A DNA stretch of 64,000 bases from the NCBI GenBank assembly GCA_051971635.1, contig JBFPLN010000003.1, positions 384,001 through 448,000 on the forward strand. Reading direction: 5' to 3'. Position 1 is the first letter of the stretch. Each line of letters starts with the position of its first letter. Under the pieces are notes generated by a model. The model was given only the letters and a program-made list of their open reading frames with translations, was not told the DNA's origin and did not search any database. This DNA is from Candidatus Atelocyanobacterium thalassae (lineage in GTDB: Bacteria; Cyanobacteriota; Cyanobacteriia; Cyanobacteriales; Microcystaceae). Below are positions 54,000-64,000 of the stretch, piece after piece. The translations under genes and the position numbers were made by a program.

Positions 54000-55130
54000 T
54001 CATTTTATAAGAGTTAAATCAGAATCTTTATAGTAATGGCTTAAAATCCGATAATAAGGAATATTTTGTTTCGCTAAATAATAACTCCCCCACTGACTCA
54101 TCCCAATTCCATGTCCAAAACCTCTTCCTTTAATTATAAAAAGTCCTCTATCAGCTGATACTTTAAATACAGTACTTTTTAATTTTAATATTTTACGTAA
54201 TTCTAGTCCTGAGATTTTTCGAGAACCTTGGTTGCCTAAAATGTTCACGGTTATTATACGGTCACTTTGACTAATTTTTTCAGGGATTAGTGAATGAATT
54301 GAACCCAGACCATTTATCAATCGGTTCATTTCTGTTTGACTAAAAGTCTTATTCCACAAAAATACAGGAGATAGATGATCATAATCTGGAACTCCTTGCA
54401 AATAAGATAAAGGAGAGTTCCATACATTTTCAACGTTTTCTGTATATCCCCCAGAAGATGAATGAAATACAGATAAAATAAGCTTTTTACTTTGAGTCAA
54501 AACCTCTCTAGAAGTCATTTTAACTGCATTATGAGTAGCTAGAGACTCTGTCTCTATACCCCTATAAATTTGGGTTTTAGTAGTTGTATCTAAGTCATAA
54601 TATGTATTACTTGAGGTAGATGTTCTAAAAAGTGCGTAAGTACGTGCGACTACTGCTTGAGCTTTCAGAGCTTCCTTAGGCCATGTAGGATAGGATTCAC
54701 CTCCGACAACACTATAGAGATATTCATCTAAATCTACTAAATTGATAACTACTATTCCTTTTTTCTGATGAATAAGTAATATTTTTCCTCGATACCATCG
54801 ATTATTTATCCAGACTACGCCTTTTCCTTGAGGCTCTATCAAAAAATAACTTAGCTTCCAATGTTTAAGACTAATCTGGTTTTGATTGGATAGCCTTACT
54901 TTAAAGCTATTTAAAGGAGCTAGTGTACCTACTTGTTTTCCTTGACTATTGATAACACTAGCCGGAGAAGAACTACCTACATATAAAGTTTTTACATTTT
55001 TTTCAATAGCAATACGAAGTTCTGTAGAAGCATATGTAGATGGACAAGAAAATAATACTATATAAAATATTAAACTTCTAAAAAGCGCGATGATAAATGG
55101 ATTTTTTAAACTTATTATCATAAATTTCAC
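54000..55130 (-). CDS. SpoIID/LytB-domain protein (peptidoglycan lytic transglycosylase-like)
   Basis: YLYSVVGGE, EALKAQAVVARTYA, FHSSSGG.TE, GRGFGHGIGMSQWG, ILSHYY. Confidence 0.9.
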   Translation of the reverse strand: MKFMIISLKNPFIIALFRSLIFYIVLFSCPSTYASTELRIAIEKNVKTLYVGSSSPASVINSQGKQVGTLAPLNSFKVRLSNQNQISLKHWKLSYFLIEPQGKGVVWINNRWYRGKILLIHQKKGIVVINLVDLDEYLYSVVGGESYPTWPKEALKAQAVVARTYALFRTSTSSNTYYDLDTTTKTQIYRGIETESLATHNAVKMTSREVLTQSKKLILSVFHSSSGGYTENVENVWNSPLSYLQGVPDYDHLSPVFLWNKTFSQTEMNRLINGLGSIHSLIPEKISQSDRIITVNILGNQGSRKISGLELRKILKLKSTVFKVSADRGLFIIKGRGFGHGIGMSQWGSYYLAKQNIPYYRILSHYYKDSDLTLIK

Positions 55131-55238
55131 TTTTTAAATCCTCATAGATATATAAAAGCTATATTATATTTAATGTGTTATGAAATTTTAGGCCTATAGC
55201 TTTAGATAAACTTGATAAATTTTAAATATAAATAATAA

Positions 55239-55288
55239 AATTAGGCTTCAAAGCTGTTTACAAAATTAAAAAGCTTCAAAGCCTAATT
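55239..55288 (-). terminator. Imperfect hairpin downstream of nrdA
   Basis: aattaggcttcaaagctgttta ... taaaaagcttcaaagcctaatt, 22-bp arms with 3 mismatches. Confidence 0.5.
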
Positions 55289-55341
55289 ATAATCCTATTG
55301 GCTAAAAATAAGAATAACTGACATTTTACTCATAGTAATAA

Positions 55342-57654
55342 CTAATTTGCGCAAGAAGTACAAGCACTGTCAGAATCCTTAAAGTCATCTTTTTGAACAG
55401 TTCTAACATAATAAATAGCCTTACATCCATCTTTCCAAGCTGTTAAGAACATTTTGAAAATATCTATAGCTGATAGAGAACGGTCAGGCTCATCAGGTAA
55501 ATAAATTCCTTGATTTAAATTAAATAACAACTCCATAGATATGCCAGTATCTATCCATTGTTGTATTATTGAAACTGCTTTAATAACTTTCTGCTGATCT
55601 AAAACTTTATTTTCATGGTAGAACCAAAAAGACTCTTTTATAAAGGGGGGAGCAATAGGTACTGTTCCTTTTGCCCATTTATCATAAAAGAAACGACTAT
55701 AAACAGGAAGAATACTTGCTGTACAGCCCTGCACTAGAGAAGAAGAAGTATTAGGAGCTATTGCCGTAATATGAGAGTTACGAATACCATAAGTTTTAAT
55801 ATTCTCTGATAACTTTACCCAACGCTCTTTTTGGGAGGCATTTTCTATAAACCAATCAACAGATTTTGAGCCTATTAATTTGCCTTTACTCCAATCACTT
55901 CCTGTAAATGCGTTGTATGCACCTCGTTCTTTAGACAGTTCCATAGAAGTATGAGTACACCAGTAACCAACTTCCTCGAACAATTGACTAATTTCGTCTA
56001 AACTATCATAAGTTAAAAATCTCTTTGCTAACCAATCAGCTAATCCCATGCATCCAACTCCGATGGTCCGATACCTATCATTATGAACTTTTGCGTAGCT
56101 GAACGGAGGATTAGTAATATCTATAGTGTTATCCAAAATTCGGACTGCTAAACTTGAAAGATAACCAAGTTCAGTTTCATCTACATTTGCTAGATTTAAA
56201 CTTACTAAATTACAACAGTGACTTTCTTTCCTAGGAGCAACATTAGAGAAAGACTCTGTACATAAGTTGACTCCTGGAATATATCCAACGTGTTTATTAG
56301 GATTAGCTCGGTTTATAGTATCTTTAAAAGCTAAATAAGGCATTCCTGTCTCTACCTGAGAACGCATTATAGTTTTAAATAATTCACGGGCATTAATTTT
56401 TTTATAAAGAGTAATTTTATTTCCTAATTCAGACTCTATTAATTTGTAAGCCTCTTCAAATTCTTCACCCCACAATTCTGCCAATTCAATGCCAAGTTTT
56501 ATTCGTACCTCATAAGGATCAACCAATGTCCATTCTTGCTTATTCTCAACTCGTCGCATAAATTCATCTGTTAAGACTAGCTGAGGAAAAACATCATAGG
56601 CCTTACGTCTCTGATCGCCATTTTCTGTCTGCATTTCCAAAAATTCTGGAATATCTAGATGCCAAACATCTACCCCAATAGTAATGGCTCCAGCTCTTCT
56701 TCCTCCTTGATTAACAGCTATTGCTGTGTCATTTAACAATTTAATCCAAGGAATAATACCCCCAGAAGCATTAGATTTACCCATTACCCAACTTCCTGTA
56801 GCTCTAATACGGCTAACATTAGCTCCGACTCCGCCACCATTTTTAGAGATTCTAGCTGCATTAGTTACGCCTTCACAAATACTTTCTAGATCATCATCAA
56901 TGGCTATGATAAAGCAACTAGTTAATGAACCTTCTGGAACTCTTAAGTTTGCTAGGATTGGAGTAGCTAAAGATATTTTACGCATGGCAATAGCTTCATA
57001 AAAGCGTTTAGCCCAAGGTAATCGATTTTGAGGAGCTTCAACTATTGCTAATAGTAAGGAACAGGTTAATAAAGCTTCTTGAGGTAGTTCATCTGGTAAT
57101 AGATAGCGACTACTTAAAAGTACCGCTCCGGCATAATCATAGTCTATGTCCCAGTCTGAATTAATCCAGGAACCTGCTTCTTGCAATTCTTCTAAAGAAT
57201 AAACAAGCAAACGTTTATCATATTGATGATTTTCTACTTTAGTTTGAACAGTAACTTCGTATTTATCATATTGATAACCACGGCTAACTAAAATATTTTT
57301 CCAAAGGCTCCAAATGTGAAGTCTGCCAGCAACATAACGCCAATCTGGCTCTTGGGGACTACACATCTCTAAGGAGCAGTTGATCAGATTATTTTGAATA
57401 TCCTTTGTAGTAATGCCATCACGTAAGCGGGTAGTTAATCCCGCTTCTAAGGCAATACTATTTACATCTTTGCCAGAACATGCCCAACTAACGACGGCAC
57501 GTATTTTTCCAATATCAAGAGCAGTCCAAGATCCATCTCGTCGTTCTACCTTAATTTTACTTGCTCCTAAGTTTGAATAGTGATTAAGGTGAGATGTGTT
57601 CGTGTCTCCTGGATTATTTTGCTGAGAGAAATTTGAGACAGTAGATTGCATCAT
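55342..57654 (-). CDS. nrdA: Class I ribonucleotide reductase alpha subunit with ATP cone
   Basis: VERRDG ATP cone, ATPILAN, TSCF, NQGGRRAGA, NLCTE, CNL.SLNL, APNTSSS, YYVRT, C-terminal CTSC. Confidence 0.95.
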   Translation of the reverse strand: MMQSTVSNFSQQNNPGDTNTSHLNHYSNLGASKIKVERRDGSWTALDIGKIRAVVSWACSGKDVNSIALEAGLTTRLRDGITTKDIQNNLINCSLEMCSPQEPDWRYVAGRLHIWSLWKNILVSRGYQYDKYEVTVQTKVENHQYDKRLLVYSLEELQEAGSWINSDWDIDYDYAGAVLLSSRYLLPDELPQEALLTCSLLLAIVEAPQNRLPWAKRFYEAIAMRKISLATPILANLRVPEGSLTSCFIIAIDDDLESICEGVTNAARISKNGGGVGANVSRIRATGSWVMGKSNASGGIIPWIKLLNDTAIAVNQGGRRAGAITIGVDVWHLDIPEFLEMQTENGDQRRKAYDVFPQLVLTDEFMRRVENKQEWTLVDPYEVRIKLGIELAELWGEEFEEAYKLIESELGNKITLYKKINARELFKTIMRSQVETGMPYLAFKDTINRANPNKHVGYIPGVNLCTESFSNVAPRKESHCCNLVSLNLANVDETELGYLSSLAVRILDNTIDITNPPFSYAKVHNDRYRTIGVGCMGLADWLAKRFLTYDSLDEISQLFEEVGYWCTHTSMELSKERGAYNAFTGSDWSKGKLIGSKSVDWFIENASQKERWVKLSENIKTYGIRNSHITAIAPNTSSSLVQGCTASILPVYSRFFYDKWAKGTVPIAPPFIKESFWFYHENKVLDQQKVIKAVSIIQQWIDTGISMELLFNLNQGIYLPDEPDRSLSAIDIFKMFLTAWKDGCKAIYYVRTVQKDDFKDSDSACTSCAN

Positions 57655-58631
57655 TTACACTAAATAAATTATGACTAAGAAAAAACTAATAAATTGTATG
57701 CTTGAATTTTGTTACTTTTGTATCAACTTGAGAAGGATACATTTTCGTTATACCATACATGTGTTGTGATACATGGTATGTTTTTACTAAGAACTCTACA
57801 GAGAAAGTAGAAAAACAACATTTTTGTCAAATAGATTTCTAGAAAAAAATATAAATTCATAAATGAAAATCCTACGCTTAATCCATAGAATACTAAGGTG
57901 ATTATTAAGAAGATTTAATATCCTGTATAGTGTTTAAATATTATTTATTCAATGCGAAAAAAACACAACATGTAATTAATTATATAAATAACTACATAGT
58001 CTTAAGTAAAGATAATAAAAGCCTACCTTAAAAACTCTCTATATTTCTAGGCATAGTTTTTTATAAATTTGCACTTTATTAATACTTAAATTTTAAAACA
58101 AAGGAAAATTTTAAGTTGATTAAAGAAATGTAAAGTTAATTTACATTATCAAGTCTACATCATTTTACATCACTGGTTGTTTAAATATATTTTTATGGAA
58201 TTATTCCACAGGTAAACTATCATACCATCCTATTGTCTATTATTTAAGTATATTCAGAATATTTTTTATTATCTAGTTATCAATAATTCAATTATAGTTT
58301 TTAACTTAAAATATTACTATTATTGTAAATAAGATATATTAGCATTTCTTAACTAATAACCATTTAAGTATTAAAAAAAATATTTAATAAGTTATGATAC
58401 GATTTAACTTTTTCTTTTAAGTATAAATTTTTTATGTTTTATAAACTTCTCATTTTTTAGATTATCCAATAATGAATAATCTGAAAATTCATATAGCTAT
58501 TTTAAACTGATTAGAATCTTACTATTAATTATGATGGTTCTGACTGACAGAATATTGAAGATTCTATGGCTATTAGACTATTTAATCAAGATTAGTTGAA
58601 TTATTTGAGTAAACACAAAGTCATTAACTTT

Positions 58632-59393
58632 CTATTTATCAAGACTATCAATATTTCTTAGGTTTTTATTTTCTTCGTTATATTTTGACTCTGATTTTTC
58701 GAGAGGTTGGTAATCAACATAATTAACATGACTATAATTACTTGTCTCAGGACTAAATTTTTTATTCCTATTTTGCTTATTAAATCTTGATTTATTGTTT
58801 CGAGAGGCGCGAGATGAATCTGAGTTATTTTCCCACATATCATTTACATTTTCCCAAGCATCATAATTATCAGTGTAATTGCGGCTAGGACGATTTCTAA
58901 CTCTGGAAGGTGAACGATTACTTCTGGGCTGGCGAATTCTCTCTTCATTACTTAATCTACGATTATTACGCGAGTCATTAGTACCTTTTAAACGAGGGTT
59001 ATTGCGATAGTTTGGAGATTCATCCTCATAAGAGGTTAAATTATCAAGTTCAGCTTCAGTATATACGCGAGTTTTACTAACCCTGCGCCCATTATCAACA
59101 AATGAAGAACTACGTTTAGCCTGCTCTGCAGTGGCTCCTCTTAAGCGAATACTTTCTGCAGCAAAAAATATAGCTGATCCTGTTAATAAAAATTGTCCAA
59201 ATTGCAAAATAGGATCTAATCTCCATCCTTGAAATAGTAAGATTAATCCACACAATAAACCAACTGCAGCAAAAAATATATCATGATCTCGTGATAGTTC
59301 TGGTCGCACAGAACGTAAAAAATATAAACCTGCTCCGGCTATCGCTAAAAATATTCCCAGCACACTCGCTGAATTCAGTCCAAAATTAACCAT
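58632..59393 (-). CDS. ycf66: Ycf66 family protein
   Basis: LYFLRSVRPELSRDHDIFF, LFQGWRLDPILQFGQ, charged low-complexity tail. Confidence 0.92.
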   Translation of the reverse strand: MVNFGLNSASVLGIFLAIAGAGLYFLRSVRPELSRDHDIFFAAVGLLCGLILLFQGWRLDPILQFGQFLLTGSAIFFAAESIRLRGATAEQAKRSSSFVDNGRRVSKTRVYTEAELDNLTSYEDESPNYRNNPRLKGTNDSRNNRRLSNEERIRQPRSNRSPSRVRNRPSRNYTDNYDAWENVNDMWENNSDSSRASRNNKSRFNKQNRNKKFSPETSNYSHVNYVDYQPLEKSESKYNEENKNLRNIDSLDK

Positions 59394-59695
59394 TACTAAT
59401 CTCCATTCCCTGTTTTAATAATAACGAATTTTTGCGAATCATCTCCATCTCTTATAAATAATTGACACAGTAGTTATTACTTATGATTTTAAAAGTGATT
59501 AATAAAAAACTGCTTACTTATTAAATATAATAAAAATAATAAGTAAAAGAAAACCTTACTGTTTATATTTATTTTGATTGCTATAAATTACTCAAAGTTG
59601 ATATGAATAAATGCTATTAACTTTGATATAGAATCTATTTATAAATAGTATTATTTTTTACGAGGCTTTTAAGCTAATTACTTATAGTAAAAAAT

Positions 59696-61150
59696 TCAAT
59701 TTTTTTTAGCTTTATCACTTATTGTCAAAGCTTTTTTATAAGCATCATCTAAGACTTCAGAAAGCGTTGGATGGGTGTGAATATTAAATGCTAAGTTTTG
59801 TACAGTTTGATAGTGGCCAATGGAGTTAGCAGCCTCTTGAATTAAGTCAGAGGCATGAGGACCAATAATATGTGCTCCTAATAATTCTCCAGTATCTTTT
59901 CGAAAAACAATTTTAACGAATCCGTCGGCCTCTCCTTCTGCAAGCGCTTTAGAATTTCCTTTGAAATAAGCTTTGACTGAGGAAATTTCAAAATTTTCTA
60001 ATTTACCCAGCTCTTTTGCTGCAGATTCGGTGAGTCCTACATAACTAATTTCAGGATCAGTAAAAGTTGCTGCCGGTATACTTCGGTAATCTATTTCTAT
60101 GCTACGACCACAAATATTTTCAACAGCGATGACTCCTTGTCCAGATGCTACATGAGCTAGCATCATCTTGCCAGTTGCATCTCCTATTGACCATACATGA
60201 GGAACAACCTGGTCATTATTCATCACCTGCATTTTATTATTAATAGGAATAAACCCCTTTTGTAATTCAATACCAAGGTTGTTTAGACCAAGGTCATTAG
60301 TCGCAGGAATACGACCTGTAGCGACTAGACAAGCATCAACCTCTAGAATATCTACTAATTGCTTAGTTTTAACATCTGTTAGCTCAATAATAACAGGCTT
60401 ACCTGGGATTATCCTACTTGCGAAAACACCAGAATAGGTTTCAATATCACGAGAGTCAATCAATTTTCGCTGAGCAAATTTAGAAATTTCAGCATCAAAT
60501 CCAGGAATTAAATTATCTAGAGCTTCCACCATAGTAACTTCACAACCTAATGCATTATAGATATCAGAAAATTCTAGTCCAATATAACCACTACCAATAA
60601 TAGCGATCCATTGAGGCAATTCTTTTAGTTTTACTGCCTCATCACTTGTGAAGACAGTATAACTATCAATTTCTATTCCAGGAGGAACAAAGGGACTGGA
60701 ACCAGGAGAGAGAATAATGTTTTCTGCAGTAATTTTTTTCTGTTCTCCATTATTTTTTAGTACCTTAATTGTTTGGTTATCAATAATTTCTCCTTGGCCA
60801 TATATGATTTCCACCTTTAAATGTTTAAGGCTATTTATAAGGTCTTGACGAATTTTATTTACTAAGCTTGTTGCATGATTGGCAATTTTTCCTTTATCGA
60901 ATTTTACATCTTGAATTTGAATTCCTAATTCTTCAAGATGATTAAAATTGTGTAATTCTCTTACTTTTTTTGCTGCTGCCAATAAAGCTTTTGAAGGAAT
61001 ACAACCACGGTTGACACAAGTACCGCCCATATCTCTTTTTTCTATTAAAGCAATTTTCAAACCACATTTAACTCCATGAATAGCAGCTGCATGTCCTCCT
61101 ACTCCCCCACCAATAATAATCAAGTCGTAATCAAAATCTTTTTTGTTCAT
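59696..61150 (-). CDS. lpdA: Dihydrolipoamide dehydrogenase
   Basis: GGTCVNRGCIPSKAL, IGSGYIGLE, MLAHVAS, HTHPTLSE. Confidence 0.95.
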   Translation of the reverse strand: MNKKDFDYDLIIIGGGVGGHAAAIHGVKCGLKIALIEKRDMGGTCVNRGCIPSKALLAAAKKVRELHNFNHLEELGIQIQDVKFDKGKIANHATSLVNKIRQDLINSLKHLKVEIIYGQGEIIDNQTIKVLKNNGEQKKITAENIILSPGSSPFVPPGIEIDSYTVFTSDEAVKLKELPQWIAIIGSGYIGLEFSDIYNALGCEVTMVEALDNLIPGFDAEISKFAQRKLIDSRDIETYSGVFASRIIPGKPVIIELTDVKTKQLVDILEVDACLVATGRIPATNDLGLNNLGIELQKGFIPINNKMQVMNNDQVVPHVWSIGDATGKMMLAHVASGQGVIAVENICGRSIEIDYRSIPAATFTDPEISYVGLTESAAKELGKLENFEISSVKAYFKGNSKALAEGEADGFVKIVFRKDTGELLGAHIIGPHASDLIQEAANSIGHYQTVQNLAFNIHTHPTLSEVLDDAYKKALTISDKAKKN

Positions 61151-61498
61151 ATTTTTTCTCTCTTATATTTAATATATTTAAATGATTTTATTTTACTGCA
61201 AAGTATATACTCTGATGATAGATCTTTTTCAGGAAAAGATGTCTACAAGAGTTTCATTTTTTACAATCATCTATTTAGTTAATACAGATATTAGTATGAG
61301 TTCCATATTAAAGTTTTATTTAAAGAAAACCATGTTTAGAAAATTAAAAAGTATAGAAAATTTGTACTATTATCTTTGAGATTACATCATAAAGTGATAC
61401 GTATGATTATTTAGTATATCTGGTCAAAGTATAGGAATCTAAGAACAACCTAGTTATCCTTTTAAAAAAATATCAAAGAAATATAACTATATACAATT

Positions 61499-61526
61499 AA
61501 TCTTAAGCTTATACAAGCTTAAGATT
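61499..61526 (-). terminator. Hairpin downstream of tRNA-Arg
   Basis: aatcttaagctt-atac-aagcttaagatt, 12-bp stem. Confidence 0.55.
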
Positions 61527-61589
61527 TTGGTGGATAAGATGTTCATATTAGTTCCTACAGATTAATTATAAGCTTTATGTATGATTTAA

Positions 61590-61662
61590 TGAATACGGAG
61601 GGATTTGAACCCCCGACACCCAGGACCGGAACCTGGTGCTCTATCCACTGAGCTACGTATCC
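61590..61662 (-). tRNA. trnR-CCG: tRNA-Arg (anticodon CCG), CCA not encoded
   Basis: GGATACGTAGCTCAGTGGATAGAGCACCAGGTTCCGGTCCTGGGTGTCGGGGGTTCAAATCCCTCCGTATTCA; anticodon arm CCAGG-TTCCGGT-CCTGG; GTTCAAATC T-loop. Confidence 0.96.
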
Positions 61663-61868
61663 AGCAATATTATATTACCATAGTTTATTGATCCGACGCT
61701 AATCAGTATAAATTTATTAAAAAATATATTGTAAAATCCTAAATTTATATGTAATTTTGTATTTTTAATATTGATTTCGATATGATTCAAATAGTAATAA
61801 ATCTGATCGGATATTCAAAAAGCTGAGATGATAAAAATTTACTATGAATTAAGGATCAAAACTCTCTT

Positions 61869-62864
61869 GTGAGCCATACTTCACCAACATTAATGCCACA
61901 TTTTACAGTGTCGTCATCATCAGACAATAACCGTCTAAGACTTTTTTGTGGATCGTCTAACATTGCTCTAGCCCAAGAAATTGCCAGTTATCTAGGGATG
62001 GACATTGGACCGATGATTCGCAAGCGATTCGCCGATGGTGAATTATATGTCCAAATTCAAGAATCAATTCGAGGATGTGATGTTTATCTAATACAGCCTT
62101 GCTGTAATCCTGTAAATGATCATTTTATGGAATTACTAATTATGATCGATGCTTGTCGAAGAGCATCAGCACGTCAAATTACTGCTGTAATCCCTTATTA
62201 TGGTTATGCTAGAGCCGATAGAAAAACAGCGGGACGTGAATCTATTACAGCAAAACTGGTAGCTAATTTAATAACAGAAGCCGGTGCTCACCGAGTTTTA
62301 TCTATGGATTTACATTCTGCTCAAATACAAGGTTACTTCGATATACCTTTTGATCATATATATAGCACTCCAGTACTGCTAGACTATTTTTCTACAAAAG
62401 ATTTATCTGATCTTGTAATTGTTTCTCCGGATGTGGGAGGAGTAGCCAGAGCTAGAGCATTTGCTAAAAAACTTGATGATGCTCCATTAGCAATCATTGA
62501 TAAACGTCGTCAATCTCATAATGTAGCTGAGGTTATGAATATTATTGGGGACGTTAAGAATAAAACGGCTGTTTTAGTTGATGATATGATTGACACAGCT
62601 GGAACAATTACGAAGGGAGCAAATTTACTTCGTGAAGAAGGAGCAAGAAGGGTTTATGCTTGTGCTACTCATGCTGTATTCTCTGGTCCTGCGATTTCAC
62701 GACTTTCAAGCGGTGTTCTAGAAGAGGTAATCGTTACGAATACGATTCCAATTCCTGAAACAAACTGTTTTAAGCAACTTACTGTACTGTCTGTAGCTAA
62801 TCTGTTAGGAGAAGCTATTTGGCGTGTTCATGAAGATACATCTGTAAGCAGTATGTTTCGTTAG
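61869..62864 (+). CDS. prs: Ribose-phosphate pyrophosphokinase
   Basis: FADGE, PYYGYARADRK, DLHSAQIQGYF, VSPDVGG, VDDMIDTAGT. Confidence 0.97.
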   Translation: MSHTSPTLMPHFTVSSSSDNNRLRLFCGSSNIALAQEIASYLGMDIGPMIRKRFADGELYVQIQESIRGCDVYLIQPCCNPVNDHFMELLIMIDACRRASARQITAVIPYYGYARADRKTAGRESITAKLVANLITEAGAHRVLSMDLHSAQIQGYFDIPFDHIYSTPVLLDYFSTKDLSDLVIVSPDVGGVARARAFAKKLDDAPLAIIDKRRQSHNVAEVMNIIGDVKNKTAVLVDDMIDTAGTITKGANLLREEGARRVYACATHAVFSGPAISRLSSGVLEEVIVTNTIPIPETNCFKQLTVLSVANLLGEAIWRVHEDTSVSSMFR

Positions 62865-63119
62865 ATTAGTTTTTCGAATGTTCTTTAGTAATTCTAACTT
62901 TAATTGAACAAGGTTAGAATTATTAAAAACATAAAGCATTGTCTAACTCTATAAATATAGTCATAAACTGATTGTTTTTTGAGAGATAAAAGAAATAGCT
63001 AGATTCTTGGTTTTTTAAGGATCAAATACACATAAAGTTAATCATTTTAAATACAGAATAAACATGAGCTTAGCATTCAATAATTCTTATCGGTAAAGTT
63101 ATCTGAGAATTAAAACTGC

Positions 63120-63155
63120 TTTCTATAGGGAAAATATATAATTTCCCTATAGAAA
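63120..63155 (-). terminator. Hairpin just after the 83-aa gene, convergent with prs
   Basis: tttctatagggaaa-N8-tttccctatagaaa, 14-bp stem. Confidence 0.7.
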
Positions 63156-63159
63156 ATAG

Positions 63160-63411
63160 TCATTGCATTTTCATATCTTTAAGCAGAAATGGCATCATTA
63201 TTCCTGTAAAAACGCTAGAAATAATAAGAGCTATAGTAAAGTTTAATCCTACTTCTTGAGAACCAATTAATGTTAATAAACCTTCCAATCCAACTAATAT
63301 GAAAGACCCCAATAAGATCCCAAAAATTAATTGCTTATAAACATAAAGAGGATCACGTAATAACTTGCCTCTAAAAAATAATTTTGCTGAGTACCAAACT
63401 AAATTAAACAT
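63160..63411 (-). CDS. Small 2-TM protein, resembling ORFs linked to uptake-hydrogenase maturation genes in diazotrophic cyanobacteria
   Basis: WYSAKLFF.GKLLRDP ... MPFLLKD; AGGAG RBS; family link is from recall. Confidence 0.7.
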   Translation of the reverse strand: MFNLVWYSAKLFFRGKLLRDPLYVYKQLIFGILLGSFILVGLEGLLTLIGSQEVGLNFTIALIISSVFTGIMMPFLLKDMKMQ

Positions 63412-63422
63412 ACTTTGTGCTC

Positions 63423-63692
63423 CTAAATAAATTTAAGAATAATTAAACCAATAATAGCTACGGGAATTCCCCCAGCTGGACCTAATAGACCCCCAAGAAT
63501 ACTTGCTAGTTCATACCCTAAGTCTTTCCCAGCCAAAACAATACCGCCAATAGCACCTGAGATGGTTGAAAATAACGCAGCGACAAACAACCAAAAGAAA
63601 CCACTAATTAGAGTTATGTCTCCATTTATTAAGTCAAACAAAAAAGTTTTGACTATAGGGTTTACATTTAGGTGCTCAATAAACACATTCAT
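63423..63692 (-). CDS. Small Gly-rich membrane protein of the same cluster
   Basis: GAIGGIVLAGKDLGY.LA.ILGGL.GPAG; AGGAGG upstream of ATG 63692. Confidence 0.7.
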   Translation of the reverse strand: MNVFIEHLNVNPIVKTFLFDLINGDITLISGFFWLFVAALFSTISGAIGGIVLAGKDLGYELASILGGLLGPAGGIPVAIIGLIILKFI

Positions 63693-63747
63693 CTTGAAAG
63701 TCCTCCTAGACATATTTTAGATTTATTATCTCTAATAATTTATAAAA

Positions 63748-63999
63748 TTATTGAGTATAGGTTAACAATTCTTCTTGTACATCTTGCAGCATATTATTCA
63801 TAATATTTGCCTGTTCTAATTGCTTGTAATTAATAAAAATTGCATATGCTTCTTGACAATATTTTTGACAACTTTTTAAATTGTTTAAACCTCCCATCTT
63901 AGGGTGTTCAATATTGTCTGGCAAGTTAAACAAAACATTAGCTTTATTGGCAATAGTATTAGCATACTCTAAAGGTGTATCACTAGCTGTTCTAACTTT
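63748..63999 (-). CDS. C-terminal part of a TPR-like helical protein; runs off the window end
   Basis: Frame is open from the window edge: KVRTASDTPLEYANTIANKANVLFNLPDN...; the ORF-track TTG start at 63933 is internal. Confidence 0.7.
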   Translation of the reverse strand, partial: KVRTASDTPLEYANTIANKANVLFNLPDNIEHPKMGGLNNLKSCQKYCQEAYAIFINYKQLEQANIMNNMLQDVQEELLTYTQ

Positions 64000-64000
64000 T

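Noticed and set aside
57750..57980. NrdR boxes upstream of nrdA (catacatgtgttgtg near 57755; acacaacatgtaatta near 57963)
   Set aside because: Only partial matches to acaCwAtATaTwGtgt and not in the usual tandem spacing; needs a PWM scan
58201..58210. DnaA-box-like ttattccaca in the long nrdA-ycf66 spacer, suggesting oriC
   Set aside because: Single imperfect match with no box cluster
61076..61379. ORFs 61076..61282 and 61182..61379
   Set aside because: AT-rich composition, overlap the lpdA start/promoter, no RBS or homology evident

Overview
AT-rich (about 30% GC by eye) cyanobacterial chromosome segment made mostly of housekeeping genes, with little operon structure and long AT-rich spacers. 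The gene content and decay pattern suggest a genome-reduced, N2-fixing unicellular cyanobacterial endosymbiont, most likely Ca. Atelocyanobacterium thalassa (UCYN-A, the nitroplast) or a similar Crocosphaera/Cyanothece-derived symbiont. This assignment is inference. The window holds about 45 CDS, one tRNA-Arg(CCG), the C-terminal half of the split-intein DnaE (missed by the ORF track), a groEL2 promoter with a perfect K-box and CIRCE, and a pstSCABB cluster. No IS, prophage or CRISPR is visible. Main observations: (1) a full-length but inactivated mgdA (MGlcDG synthase, first step of cyanobacterial galactolipid synthesis) with 7 nonsense codons, a frameshift and destroyed catalytic motifs, while an HpnI-like glycosyltransferase is intact; (2) a stand-alone cmk where cyanobacteria usually have a panC-cmk fusion; (3) 60-70 bp spacerless or near-perfect palindromes; (4) active-site substitutions in PPase and ClC; (5) a possible ACG start for infC.
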